From Podarcis liolepis (Eukaryota): a stretch of 64,000 bases of DNA. The stretch is taken from NCBI GenBank assembly GCA_965112155.1, contig OZ218099.1. One strand, given 5' to 3'. The notes beneath the pieces were generated by a model, which saw only the letters and a list, made by a program, of their open reading frames with translations, was not told the origin of the DNA and made no database searches. Both the position numbers and the translations under genes were made by a program. Positions 12,683 through 26,168 of this stretch are shown one piece after another. Positions within the stretch are counted from its first letter, which is position 1, and each line of letters starts with the position of its first letter.

Positions 12683-12958
12683 TTGTTGTTGTTGTTTAGT
12701 CATTTAGTCGTGTCCAACTCTTCGTGACTCCATGGACCAGAGCACGCCAGGCACTCCTGTCTTCCACTGCCTCCCGCAGTTTGGTCAAACTCATGCTGGT
12801 AGCTTTGAGAACACTGTCCAGCCATCTCGTCCTCTGTCGTTCCCTTCTCCTTGTGCCCTCAATAATCTTTCCCAACATCATGGTCTTTTCCAGGGAGTCT
12901 TCTCTTCTCATGAGGTGGCCAAAGTATTGGAGCCTCAGCTTCAAGATCTGTCCTTCCA
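12683..12958 (-). mobile_element. BovB (RTE clade) LINE 3' fragment
   Basis: LKLRLQYFGHLMRREDSLEKT.MLGK.EG.RRR.RQRTRWLD...WRALVHGVTKS plus a (CAA)n tail. Confidence 0.93.
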
Positions 12959-14885
12959 GATAAAACTGCATGCTGACCATTTTATTTCTCACTGGCAGGA
13001 AATAAAAAGCTGTGGCCTAAATGTTTGTGTGCGTTGGATGATTTTAGTTTTTTAAAAACTATATACCTCACATTTGAATGAATAGGCCACTTGTGTACAC
13101 ATTAAATGCAATACTTTGAAATATTGAGGTCCTTCTAAAATACACCCCAAGCCTTCCTTTCCTTATCTACTAGCAATTTCACTTCAGTCCTGTCTTTTCA
13201 TGTTTCCTCCACAAAGTTCCTTTCCTTCCACTTACCCCAGATATATGTGCAGCACTCATTACACTGCTATCAGACCCCAGACTCTCTTTCCCTATAGTCA
13301 GGTTGCATGACACTATTTCCCAATTATTTCAGTGCATAACCATACTACACTTTGACTCCCATGCCACTCGTTCAAATGAGCAGAGCCTGAAACATCCAGA
13401 ATTCACAATGACATTCTCATCACCGGTGTAAAAATATAGATTTCTTGCTGCCTTGGAGAAGAACAGACACTATGCCACTCAGATGAAATGATTCCATTGG
13501 CATAGTGAAGCTTGGAACAGTGAGTGCTTTCTCACATCACGAAAATGGGATTCATTCAAAACTGGGACCTTTAAGCTTTGCAAAACGTGTAAGAGTTAAT
13601 CAGTCCACAGGCTGGGTACGTTCTCTGTATATTCTTCTAAATGACTGTATGTATGCCACAACAAAAGGTAAAAACTCTTGTTTCCTAGTAATCGCCAGCT
13701 GTATAGGAAGGTTTCATGACAACCTAAATGGAACACTTGCTGATCATCCTGTCTCTTGCCCACATCACATCTGATGATTGGTGTTTTATGAGTCAGATGG
13801 AGTGTGCTATCTTCACGACCCCAGAAGTGATATCTGGAAGGTGTCACCAAGTATTTAGATTGTATTTTTAGCACCTCAAAATGCAACCGAATACTGACAT
13901 GTTCAAAAGGCTCATGCAATCCTGTGTCTCCTCAAAATTATTTATTCCATTTTGACATGCCAACAAGTCTTAGGAAACAAGACTGAAAGTCAAAATGCTT
14001 GGGAGCCACAGATCTAGCAGACTGATTCATGAAACATAGTTACTGGAATGTGCTATTCCATTTAATTTTTTGCTCAAGACTCCTGCCAGTAACTCTTACT
14101 TTTGATCTAAGGACCTTTCCCCTCACATTCTATCTCTCTCTCGCCAGCATTCATTTACACTTATTTCCCCGGTGCATGATTGTAGCTTTCTGAGCATCCG
14201 CAAGCATGCTCAACTACGTGATACTTTCTGCTAGGAAGGAGCTATAGAATCAGAGGTGGAAGGGATTTAATCAAGTCCATTCCCCTGTCAGACATATGAA
14301 CGTGCTTAAAACTACCTTTGTCTATGTACATTCAGCTTCAGAGTTGAACATATGGCTGGAAATGGTATGATCCAGTCCAATTATATTGCTACTATCTAAA
14401 CTAATCTAGCCATAAACTTGTCTAGCCTGCTCTTCTAGTGATGATTGTACCACATTCCTAAGCAACCCATTCCAATGTACCTCCACTCTTAACAGGGAGT
14501 CCATTTCCCCTGACATCCAGGCTAAATGTGATCAGTAACACTTTGAGCCCATTCTTTCTTCCCTTGTCTATTTTAGACAAGGAGAACAGCGGATAGTCTA
14601 TACAAAACCCAGCTTTTCCATTCAAAGGAAGCTCTTGCTTGTTCCTCTCCATGGGTATTCTCAAAGGCCTTTCACCAGCACTGGATATCTGGAGGAAACT
14701 CTCCCTGCAGTGGGCAAACTTGATCAGGTTTGGGACTTGACTTGCTACTGAATTTTGCCTCAAGCAAAGTTTCAAGGTAGCTTTGAAGGTTCCTCTTCAG
14801 GAGAAACACAAGAGGGATTTCAAGGAAAGCTAAACAAAGAAGAATCCCAATAGGACTAGCATTGTTTCTCAGAGGGTTCTAGTTA

Positions 14886-15006
14886 CAGGTAGGTAGCTGT
14901 GTTGGTCTGCTGTAGTCAAAACAAAACAAAATAAATAATAAAATAAAATAAATCCTTCCAGTAGCACCTTAGAGACCAACTAAGTTAGTTATTGGTATGA
15001 GCTTTC
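14886..15006. mobile_element. Penelope-like element terminal fragment
   Basis: caggtaggtagctgtgttggtctg...cagtagcaccttagagaccaactaag...atgagctttc. An inverted copy lies at 18864-18990. Confidence 0.65.
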
Positions 15007-17430
15007 ATTTTATTTATTTTATTCTCAGAGGGTGGTGAGGGTGACTTCCTCACATCCATAAACATTTCCCCCTGAATTTGCTCATTCCATCCTTTGTTTT
15101 CCTTTGCTTCTCTCATCCCTGACCTTCCTCTGTCTATATGCTCACCCTTTAGACTGCAAGCTCTTTGGGTCACTGAACTCTGTCTCAATTGCTTATACTG
15201 TGCAGTGTCCTGTACATTATACTAAAACAGCACACTTCCAGGCAAACTGATAATATGACAAAATAAGCAAGCATAGCCCGTGTAGGCAGGGGGTGGGGTT
15301 GCCATTAGAATCCCATCAGGTATTATTGGCTATTAGGGCTGGTTCAGCTGGGTTCCTAAGCACAACCTTCCTACGGAAGTAGCCAATGCAATTATTTGGT
15401 GATGCAGACTTTGTTGCTGTCAGCAATCACCAGCCTATTGTCACTAGTCCTAAACAGGCACTTTGTCCTTCCATATGCATAGAGGGAAGGCAGTATTACT
15501 GTGCCCCATCCATTCCCCCAGTTGTCAGAGGAGCCAAGATTTCTACACCATGAGGATGAGAAATGTTTGGGATATGGGATGGCTTTTCCACTCTGGAAGG
15601 AAGCGGGCAAGCAAGGAGGAGGAATTAGTATGGAAGTGAGAGGCAAAGAAGATGAGAAGGTTTGGGGAATGCTTTGAAGAGGGGGTTCTTTTCATGTTTC
15701 GGCTTTCTTCCCTTCCCTCCCATTCCCTTCGTCTACAAGAGCAGCACGACTCGCCTAGCAGCTCAAATAATACTCCCCCCCACCTCTTACATCAATATTG
15801 TTATGTTTTATACAATAGCACCAGCTGGTAGCCATCATATACAGTTAAAGGCATCGGTAGGAATCACTTGCAGTATGCAAACACCTTGCCATTGATCGGT
15901 GAAGCTCGGACACTCAAAATCAGTGTGAGTAAAGGCCAGTGCATTTGCAGGAGTGTCACCAGGGCAGAAGGTCCAGGAGCTCTTTCAGAAGAATGAGCAG
16001 GACGGCTCCCCAATGCAGCAGGGCTGGGTTACTACATTTTGAAATGAGGTAATACAAGTAACATCTGAAAAGCCTCTCCTCCCAGACCCATAAGACTATT
16101 AAGTCCAAAGTTTAACATTACCTAAGTGCACTGCTGGATATATGACCTGAAGGCAAAGTGCAGACCAGCAGAGGGCCTCTGTTGAATAAGCTATATGGCA
16201 GATGATTACCTGACGCTCTCTCCTCCTTCCACAGCAACAAGCAATACAGAAACCAGAAAGACATCCTTGTCAGAGCCATAGGTCTATTAAGAAAGTGGCA
16301 GAGAGGGAGGGAGGGAGGGAATTTTACTCTCCAGAGCTAAAGCCCATTAAATCTGGGGATGGCAGAGCAGATGGAAGGCTTCGGTTGAGTGAGGACAAGA
16401 CCCAAGACTTGGGGGGAAGGGTCAAAGGAACAGACAGACTCTTAAGAGCCAGGGATTTAGTCTGACCTGACTCCCTTTACTTGGCAGCCCATATGGAAAA
16501 AAATAACATTTCCCCAGTACGGATTGGATTTTACTGTTAGACTGAGGAAAATTAACCAGAATTGAAAGGGAAACTGGTTTTTCTATCCCTCAAAATATTA
16601 TAATTTTGTAATAAAACAGTTTCTTATGAATATGGAATTTTTTAAAGAAAGCAAAACTTGTGGTGAAACATCAGAATCAGCCCACCTATCTTTTTCTTTC
16701 TTTCTTCTTTCTTTTTGTTTGGTCTTATTGTATGCCAGAGTCTTACCAGCAAATGACAATTTACCAACCAATCATAAATTACATGACATTTGTTATGGAG
16801 CTTGAGGGATTTCAATAGGGTTTTTCCCTCCAGGCAATCTGAAGAATTCTGACATAGCAAACCTACTATAATGACACGTCAAGATTTTTTTAAAAAAATG
16901 GTATGGTTCCAATGGGAAAGTTTTCCTGAAGTTTGTCTAATCAGGGGAGAAGTTAACTTTAAATGTTATATTTATAATAGTTTTTTCCTTCAGCGCATAT
17001 ATATGTTCTGTCTTAAATAAAATGAAGCTGTCTTTACAAAGGTCAAGGTAACTTACTAATCAATCATAGGCAAACCTACATTCTCAAGAATTTAAGAGAA
17101 GTCCCTAAGTATCATGAATACTCAGCCTTTCTAATTCCAGATCCTCAGGCCCAACCAAGCTATTTAAAATTCTGTTCAAAGTGTTGTTTATTGAATAGAC
17201 ATAATTAAGGCACATTGATATCTATGATTTATCTGAAGTACAAATGAATAAAGTTTATTGTGTAAGTCCATTCCAGGACATACAAAGTACCAAAACTTTC
17301 CTAAAAGCATAGCAGTTACATAAAATATATACATATCCTTAAAATAAACAGAGCTTTGTTTAAAAAGAAACAGAAGTATGTTTGTGTGTGCGCGCACATG
17401 TGCGCATACACACACACATATATATGGAGA

Positions 17431-18043
17431 TGACATGAGAAGATGTGGGATAACTGGCCTCATATAACCAACATGATTAAGTCTAATAACTGCATGAAAG
17501 GGTTAATACCATAGAGTAAGCTGTCCTGCCAGGGTTAGCTATATCCACTTCTCCTCACCTTGGGATGAACTAGAGAAGCTCATTGCGTGAAGAGGTTTGA
17601 GCTGGTTGCTCCAGCTCAACCACATGGCTCTCATTAGCCACTCTTGAGTTCCTATACCAATAATTTAGGAACCTTCACTGCTTTGTAACTAAGCTATGTT
17701 TTACTGTCTGTGCAACCTTGTCTGAAGCACATGAATCTGACCTTTGGAGAATGTGTAAGTAAACCATTTTGTAACTTACCAAACATGTGGTCTTTTTCCT
17801 ATGCTGGGGGAAGAGGAAAACTATGGAAAGAAAACTTTTAAGGGGACATTTTGGAACTCACTTGGAGGGGCACATATTTTAAAGGTCTAATAGCCTTTAT
17901 CTCCATGATTTACTTTGCTGCATATTTTGTGACTTTAAAACTCTGCTGGGGTTCTTTCACCTCAAACTTGGATCTTGACATCCAGGAATTCGAATTCATA
18001 TCCATCCATCCATCCATCCATCCATCCATCCATCCATCCAACA
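17431..18043 (+). mobile_element. Probable solo LTR
   Basis: TG...CA ends flanked by GGAGA on both sides (17426-17430, 18044-18048). Internal AGTAAA near 17758 and a (TCCA)n microsatellite at the 3' end. Confidence 0.5.
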
Positions 18044-18315
18044 GGAGATACATTTAGTATTTTTGTGTCTTCATAGCTCCTTGACAAATAACAGAAAAAG
18101 AATCCAAAAATTCTTCTCTGCATTTACCTGCCTTTACTGCGAACGAAGCAACCCTCCAAGTCCCATGCTGGTTTGGTGCTTGCAACAGAAAGCCCAATTT
18201 CTCTTTCACTTCCTAGTACTTCATTCTTTTTAAAAGGGGCTCTAAATAATGTTGTTCTATATCAGCACACATGTGACATTTGAGGACCAAATCCTCCAGT
18301 ACTGGTTCCCTCACA

Positions 18316-18570
18316 GAAGAAGAAGAAGAGGAGTTTGGATTTAATATCCCGCCTTTCACTCCCTTTAAGGAGTCTCAAAGCGGCTAACATTCTCCTTTCC
18401 CTTCCTCCCCCACGACAAATACTCTGTGAGGTGAGTGGGGCTGAGAGACCTCAAAGAAGTGTGACTGGCCCAAGGTCACCCAGCAGCTGCATGTGGAGGA
18501 GCGGAGACGCGAACCCGGTGCCCCAGAATACGAGACTACCGCTCTTAACCACTACACCACACTGGCTCTC
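18316..18570 (-). mobile_element. tRNA-derived SINE (Squam3-like), full length
   Basis: Reverse complement of the 22826-23084 copy, with A/B box head and (CTT)n tail. Confidence 0.88.
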
Positions 18571-18863
18571 ACGCAGATGCCTTCTATCTTTTAGTCCCAC
18601 TGGCGGGTTACCCACCAAAATACTAGGTAGAAGAACATTGGGACTTCATTCTAGAAAACACGTTCTGAGGCACCACATTCCCTCTTGTGCTTCAACTTTA
18701 GAAAAGTCACTCTGCCTGTCCATCTATGTTTGCAGGAATTCAAATTCCGCTAATGTGGTTTAGCGAACAACTTTGATCTAAAACAGGCTAGAAACTAGTC
18801 CTTCTGGGTTGAGCTACAGTGGTGTTACAAAACAGCCACAAAGACCCCATTTGCTATTTCTAG

Positions 18864-18990
18864 TGTATCTGAAGAAGTGTGCATGCACACGAAAGCTCAT
18901 ACCAAGAACTAACTTAGTTGGTCTTTAAGGTGCTACTGGAAGGAATTTTTTTTATTTTGACTATGGCAGACCAACACGGCTACCTATCTA
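18864..18990. mobile_element. Penelope-like element terminal fragment
   Basis: tctgaagaagtgtgcatgcacacgaaagctcatacc...taaggtgctactgg...cagaccaacacggctacc, the inverse of 14886-15006. Confidence 0.65.
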
Positions 18991-19149
18991 CTACTAGTAA
19001 CACTGAGTAATTTCTAGTGACACTGAGAATGCTGGAATGCACTTTTACTTCCATGACTTTGGCATGGGGGACAGATTTCACACAGAGTCTAGCAACATGG
19101 TGACAAGGAATTAGGAAAAAAAACAAAACTGGAAGCACCTCAGTGCTGA

Positions 19150-19520
19150 AGAAGAGCAGGGGCTGTGGGCTTTTTGGCAAAGATTTGTATGAAAGGTTGA
19201 GCTTCACATATTGATCCAAAATAACCAGAGAACTCTTTAGCCAAAGAAGCATTAGACGGTACATACTATGCAGTTGGGAGATAATTAGAACTATGCCGTG
19301 TTTTTTAAAAGGAGACCAGCCCTGATATGCCCAGTACAAGTCGTACACCCTGAGTAAGCACACAACTGCAATTTCATTACAGGAAGAGACTCCAACTGGG
19401 CTGTATAGGATATCTCATCAAATGGATATAGGAGTGCCACATCCAGGGCCAAAATTGGTTTATATTCCTTTACATCCAGTTGCAGTAGAGGCAGCAAGAG
19501 GAGGGATGCAGGTACAGTGG
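19150..19520 (+). mobile_element. Highly decayed RTE-clade LINE ORF2 C-terminal remnant
   Basis: Frameshifted residues KEALDGTY ... RKRLQLGCIGYLIK ... AKIGLY...RGSKRR resemble RTE 'KLDGxY...RRLxxxGHxxRM...PKxxL..G.R.RGRP'. Confidence 0.4.
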
Positions 19521-20412
19521 AGAGACCAGCAACTTTTGGACTGTCTCTTCTTGAACTGTTTCCATCCCATCCGGTCATTAGAACTCGTAACTAAGAACTT
19601 GTATCTGAATTTGCTTATCTCCTCCTCCATCCCAATCAACAGTCCTTTTGTGCTGTGTCTTTTTAGACTGTAAGCCCAAGGGCAGGGGCAGGCTTGTGAT
19701 TTGTAAACTGCTCTGGAAGCTGTTTTTTGTTTTTGTTTTGCTGAAGAATGGGATTCAATAAATAAATAAATATCCCCCCTTTAATAGCTGCTTCAATGGA
19801 CACCATTTAGCAGAAGCTGCCCTTCCACTACATTACAGCATTAATGGAAGATGGAGAGACTGCCAGGTTTCTCCATCACTGAACTATTAAAGGCAGAGGG
19901 AGACCCTTTGAGGCCAGGAGGTGGCAAATCTAACTGCATCGGTTTTGACTTGATGAGTTTGCACAATAGACCCTATTTCTGTGCTACTTGCTGCTATAGC
20001 CCGTCAGTACCTGGCTGCTGCTGGGAAAAGAAACAGGAGCAGCATCTGAGGACAGCTTCACACATAGCAGATTTCCAGCAAAGGATGTATTTCTCTGCAG
20101 GGAAATAGCATAAAACCTGCAAGCAGCTCATAAAGTGCAGCAGCGCTATTGCAGAAGGCAAATGTACAATTCTGGGAAGCAGCCATGGCGGCTGGTGGCC
20201 CCCAGACCTCTTGGGGCTGCTAGGAGGTCAAAAGGGCATGGCCTCGTCATCCTGTTTTTCTCCCCATCCTTGTCCCTCGCAAAGATAACTGCGAACATTT
20301 AAGCATTGCAGTTCAGTTAGCAGCTAACCAAACTGAAAAGTGTCTTATCTTGGTTCAAAAAGAGTCTCTTCTGTCACAGAACGGCTCCCCTTTTTGGAGG
20401 GGGAGCCTGCGT

Positions 20413-20848
20413 TGTTGGCGGAGACCCAGGACCTCCCAGTGACCCGACTGTGGACGGAGGAATTCTGCCCATGCCATTAGGACTCCCAGCCACCGCGTCA
20501 CACACATCCCCGGCTGACCAATCGGGTTAGGCGGGGTGTGTGGCCACGTGGTGATTAAACGGCAGCACAGCTGGGTAGGGCAGCCTCCATTCGTCTCCTC
20601 CGTCGGTGACCCTGTGGGTGCTCAATTGATGTACATCATAGGGCTCCCCTATCAGTGGTTGACCCTTACGGGACTCCTGCAGATAGGCAGGAGTCAGGAT
20701 ATAGTCTTGCTTCACCCAATTGCCTAAGCCAAACTGCTCACATCTGTAACCAGTAAAGTCGTGGCCTAATTGACCCCATTAACCCAACATTTTCGTGTCT
20801 GTGTGTTTATTTCTGAAGGAACTGTGGGGCCCGGGGCCTCGCCACACA
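20413..20848 (+). mobile_element. Possible solo LTR (CpG-rich insertion)
   Basis: tgttggcggag...ctcgccacaca imperfect inverted ends, AGTAAA at ~20752 followed by a GT-rich tract. No clean TSD. Confidence 0.45.
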
Positions 20849-21239
20849 ATTGCATCTCTGCTGGGAGAAAAGTATAAGTAAAAAAACAAAACAAAAACAT
20901 TTATACTACAAAGAAGAGACTGCTTGAGCCCAATGGTGTGGGTGTTGCCTTCAAGGAAACAAGACTGAGCATGCTCAAACTGCACTTCCAGGCAGCCCTA
21001 CTCATTCTATACTGAGACTGCTGAATAGGCCTCATAACAACAGGTGGAGTAGGAGTTTTCCAAGCAGGGGCTTGAAAAGAGGCAATCCTTCTAACAGTCA
21101 AATGTCAGCCACGTGATTTTGTTGCCCAGAGACAGATGGGGGCAACCTCTTTGGCATAGCTATACTTTTGGATTAGAACTGCTAGAGTGATGCAGAGACC
21201 TGATTGGTCAGAGAACAGGAGAGTAATTAGCAGTGAGCT

Positions 21240-21254
21240 ATAACAATAACAACG

Positions 21255-21289
<35 letters not shown>

Positions 21290-21452
21290 AATTAATTTAT
21301 ACCCCACCCATCTGGGCGGCTTCCAACAGAATATTAAAATACAATAATCCATTAAACAGTAAACATTAAAGGCTTCCCTAAACAGGGCTGCCTTCAGATG
21401 TCTTCTAAAAGTCTGGTAGTTGTTTTTCTCTTTGACATATGGTGGGAGGTCA
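21240..21452 (-). mobile_element. L2-clade LINE 3' end with (TTG)n tail
   Basis: Minus-strand LPPYVKEKNNYQTFRRHLKAALFREAF plus a tail matching the 10420-10790 copy. Confidence 0.85.
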
Positions 21453-22659
21453 TTATACAAGCAACGTGCTACAAGGCTTGAAGTCCTTAAGATGCAGGCA
21501 TGATACACATAAGCAGTATTAGGGTGGCACCTTGAAATTCAGGTTGCAGGTGAAGAAGATGGCGGTACTTGCTACCGAGTTTTGCTGCACATGACAACTC
21601 CTAAATTGTTCCCTTTGGGAACTCACCACTTCCCCTCCAGTACGTGCCCTTTACCCTAAACTTTGGAGGTTTCAGTGGACAGAAAGCCCTAGCTTGTTAA
21701 GATCCATACTATTTAAGCAGGGTTAGGTAACCATCACATTTCAGCCGCAAGCACTGTTGAGTATGTACCTCTTGCCAGTTTCTCTTGCTCAAAAGCTAAT
21801 GAGAAGCTACAAGGCCTGCAAAATTGCTGGCCTTTCCTGCCATAACTCATTGCCTGTGACATGACTGACCTCATCGCAGGGGCCTGACACTTGGCAAGGG
21901 ACTAATTACTGAGCTAGGGACTGTGAGGGAGTTCGGTGAAGGAAGCGCCGGAAGATGGGTAGAGGAGTAGGGCGATGCTAGGAGGAGAATACATTAAGTT
22001 CAAGAGAGGAAGTTTCCTCCAACTAAACTTCTTCCCTCCTCCAGGATTGGCAATCACAGGTCCCCTATACTCCAATTGCAGAAATACCGCAAGAGTCATA
22101 AGGCATCTAAAACACCATCTAGTCCTCATCCATTCTTCTTCTCAGACAAGCATCACTAATGCATTTTCTTATTGCCTCCGCATTTGTCATGACATTAAAG
22201 TGAAGCCAACATTTCAGAAAAACCTCTTCCCATCCTAAGGCTCTTGGTGACTAGGCTATTCTCCTGATACTGATATGCTGAAAGCTTTTTAACTCTCTGC
22301 AGCTTGAAAATTTGTTATTATCTATACAGGCTGGGTCATGCATGCATTTTCATTACTTGATGACAGCAGTTCTTCATGAACAAGCCATCACAAATCATAC
22401 ACCCCAGAGAAAACATCACCATAATGCAGAGCTTTCCAAAATTTTCATGTTGGTGACACACGTTTTAGACATGCATCATTTTGTGACACAGTAATTTTGT
22501 TTTACTAGCAAACCAGAGGTTAAACTAACTCCTTTCCAGCCCCAGGAAGAGTGCAGGGAGTGTTCATGTGACACATCTACACACTACAGCCTACACACTA
22601 ACATGTTACAACAGACAGTTTGGAAAGCTCTGCCATCTTGCAGTGAAGAAAGCTCTGCC

Positions 22660-23395
22660 ATCTTGCAGTGAAGGAACCGCCAGAGGGCCCTCGGCGCTGG
22701 ACCTCAGTGTCCGGGTAGAACGATGGGGGTGGAGACGCTCCTTCAGGTATGCTAGGCCAAGGCCTATTAGGGCTTTAAAGGTCAGCACCAACACTTTGAA
22801 TTGTGCTTGGACTTTGAATTGTGCTGAGAGCCAGTGTGGTGTAGTGGTTAAGAGCGGTAGTCACGTAATCTGGGTAACCGGGTTCGCGTCTCCACTCCTC
22901 CACATGCAGCTGCTGGGTGACCTTGGGCCAGTCACGCTTCTCTGAAGTCTCTCAGCCCCACTCACCTCACAGAGTGTTTGTTGTGGGGGAGGAAGGGAAA
23001 GGAGATTGTTAGCCGCTTTGAGACTCCTGAAGGGGAGTGAAAGGCGGGATATCAAATCCAAACTCTTCTTCTTCTTCTTCTTCTTGGAAATGTACTGGAA
23101 GCCAATGTAGGTCTTTCAGGATGGGTGTTAGATGGTCTCGGCAGCCACTCCCAGTCACCAGTCTAGATGCCGCATTCTAGATTAATTGTAATTTCCAGGT
23201 CAACTTCAGAGGTCACCCCATGTAGAGCGCATTGCAGTAGTCCAAGCGAGAGATAGCTAGAGCATGCACCACTCTGGCAAGACAGTCCGCGGGCAGGTAC
23301 GGTCTCAGCCAGCGTACCAGATGGAGCTGTAGACAGCTGCCCTGGACACAGAATTGACCTGCCGCCTCCATGGACAGCTGTGAGTCCAAAACGAC
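22660..23395 (-). mobile_element. L2-clade LINE fragment interrupted by a SINE
   Basis: Minus-strand LHLVRWLRPYLPADCLARVVHALAISRLDYCNALYMG ... QFKVLVLTFKAL.GLG.AYLKERL (L2 ORF2). Confidence 0.9.
22826..23084 (+). mobile_element. tRNA-derived SINE (Squam3-like) nested in L2
   Basis: gagagccagtgtggtgtagtggttaagagc (A box) ... gggttcgcgtctcc (B box) ... aaatccaaact(ctt)n. Confidence 0.9.
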
Positions 23396-24353
23396 TAACA
23401 TTGATTCACCCATGCTAACTGCAATTCCCACTGCGAGCCTTTCCAGCAAGCATAGAAAAAGAGATGCTTTCCTTTTCAAATGAGTGGAGGGTGGCATGCT
23501 TGATATATTCTCAGATACCATTCAGGAATGCGGGTCTAGATGGAAACATGCTTAGTGATCAAACACCATTCTGTTGCCACTGAACAGCCGCCAGTAAATG
23601 GATGATATCAATAAAAACATGAGGTTGGAAAGTATCCTTTTTAATACCTCCAGTTTCGGCAGAACGAGGCATCAATTCTCTTACTTGCCAGCTTATGTCC
23701 CAGTCCTCACACACAAGAGAAGTTTTCACACACATGTTCCTCACACAATGACTGCAGCATTGAGGAATGACTCACATGTGTGAATGAGCCCTCTCACCAA
23801 TCAAACGGCACAGACGAACTTCCATATCACCTCAGACGCAATGCTTTTTGGTGGAGGCAGTGACACATTCAGCTGCATCAATCGATGAGGAATCAAATGA
23901 TAAACATGCAGGTGTGAACACTCACAAGTCTTCCCTGCATTTCCCTCAGTTTTGTTCATCCTCATTAAAACAAAAAGAGCTGTAGAGAAGAGGGAAGAAA
24001 GGGAATTACAGGTAGTTTTAGGGAAGTTCATTTTAAAAAAGGGATTCGTTCCAGTTCACCTCCCCAAAAGGAATTAGTTCCATTTCAACTTTGCCCCCCC
24101 ATCAAAAATAAACTAATTACATTCCAGTTCAATTCACAATTCATTCATGTGGTCCACAGCATTTTTCTCAGCCTTCAGAATTTTACAAGCTGCTTGCTAA
24201 AGTGTGTAGAATATACTGAAAGGTTAGAAACATCAGAACACACACACACAATGTAATTTGAACAACTGTTTTAAATATTTCCCATGACAATTATGATATT
24301 TAAATTTAAATAACAGAATCACTTTTCAGAGAGGTAAAAACGGTAAATGCAAT

Positions 24354-24588
24354 GGCCACTGTGGTGTAGTGGTTAAGAGTGGTGGACTCGTAATCTGGGG
24401 AACCGGGTTCGCGTCTCCGCTCCTCCACATGCAGCTGCTGGGTGACCTTGGGCCAGTCACACTTCTTTGAAGTCTCTCAGCCCCACTCACCTCACAGAGT
24501 GTTTGTTGTGGGGGAGGAAGGGAAAGGAGAATGTTAGCCGCTTTGAGACTCCTTCGGGTAGTGATAAAGCGGGATATCAAATCCAAAC
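24354..24588 (+). mobile_element. tRNA-derived SINE (Squam3-like)
   Basis: Near-identical to 22826-23084. Confidence 0.88.
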
Positions 24589-25801
24589 TATCAAACGCAA
24601 AGTGTGACAAAACCTATATATCCATATATATTAGAATTTAAAAATAAATTTCAAAATGCCAAAAGTCCAACTGCAAAATAAACTTAATTCATGTTCAATT
24701 CACTTGGAAATAACAAGAACTATTTTCAAATGTAATTCAGAGACTATTGAATAAACCCAGTAAATTACTTCAGTTCGAACATTGGACACAGAAGGTCTAG
24801 TATATTTATTTCTCAAGTCGATATGATTTCAGCATGGTATTATTGCTTACAACATCAGACAAATGGCTTTATAAACCAATTTGCTTTACTTAAATAAATA
24901 TTTTCCACAGCTTTCTGAGCTAGTGGCCTCTAACTCCCTGCTCCAGCCAGAAGTCAATGTTGGCTTTTAACTAGTTTCTAGTACATCCCAGAAAGCACAA
25001 CATACTCAGGCTGTATATAGTGTCTATTTCATATTGGTAAAGATGTGCTGCTGTTTCTGGCCAAATAGACTTCAAAGAAGCTTATTCTAGCCTATGTTCT
25101 TGTCCCAAAATGGCCGCCAGATGGGAAATGCTTTCCCTTCCTATACACCTGAATTTTTATCTGGCTGTCCATCACCACATTTGTTTTTTTTGACACAAAT
25201 TTACTGTCTTGTTCAAAGCTGCTCCAGTAGCGGCGAGATAAAAGGGAGCCAAGTTTCCAAAGGTACTGAGGGAGGAGAGCAAAACAAAAACACTCTGGCT
25301 CAAAGTGGCAGGTAGCTGACCCAGCAGACAGCCGTCTTATTAATATTCATGGGGTGAGCAAAGTAGACTAGTGGTAGCAGGAGAATAGAGGCCACAGGGG
25401 AGCTTCTGGAGCTTCCGCTCAGATCTGTAGGTTCCAGGGCGAGGGGCATTGGGGATTTGCTGGAAGGTAAATCCGTTCCAGCATCTTCCATTTAGCAACT
25501 CAAACAATGCATTTTAATGAGTCTCTAAACAGCCTGCTACATCCAGTTAAATAATATCCTTGACTGAGAGAGTCTCGGCCACGGATAAAGAGAGGGCAAG
25601 CCAAACAAGGAGGACATAAGTAGGCCAGTCAGAATTAAACCCATAAACCCATTCCTGTCTCAATATGTGGATTTATTGGAATGTTTCTTACTTGAGACCA
25701 GTTTTTGGCCCATGAGCTGCAAGGTGCTCACCCTGGGTGTTCAATCAAGGTTGAAGCCTGAAACTAAGGATCAGGGTCAAAGCCAGTCCTGGAACATATG
25801 G

Positions 25802-26126
25802 CAGACCCTCCAAGTCTCTCTATTTTCCGGTGACAGTTCCGGATTTACAGAAGCCATCCCGGTTTCTGATTTAATGCCAGAACATCCTGCTTTTCCTAGG
25901 ACATCCCTATTTTCACTGGAGAAATGTTGGAGGGGATGGAGTTATGCGATCCCCAAGCCAAGCAGATCAGTAACTATACAACCTTTAGTAGATATCTGAA
26001 GGCATCCCTGTCTAGATAAGTTTTTAATGTTTAATGTTTATTTATGTTTTTATATATGTTGGAAGCCACCCAGAGTGGCTGGGGCAACCCAGTCAGATGA
26101 GTGGGGTGTAGATAGTAAAATAATAA

Positions 26127-26168
<42 letters not shown>

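Noticed and set aside
13200-13920. Semi-open minus-strand frame considered as an endogenous viral element or pseudogene
   Set aside because: Several stops and no motif I can recognise. A BLASTx against viral and TE proteins would settle it.
14577-14727. Possible exon (ttttag|...QGEQRIVYTKPSFSIQRKLLLVPLHG...DQ|gtttgg)
   Set aside because: No recognisable homology, weak donor, isolated. It cannot be supported without RNA-seq or tBLASTn.
19383-19511. Exon-like segment (cag|EETPTGLYRISHQMDIGVPHPGPKLVYIPLHPVAVEAARGGMQ|gta) suggesting a hidden intergenic gene
   Set aside because: Other frames show decayed RTE LINE motifs, the splice signals are weak, and no partner exons were found.
22826-22900. 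tRNA-like A/B boxes
   Set aside because: These are SINE heads, not tRNA genes. There is no complete cloverleaf.
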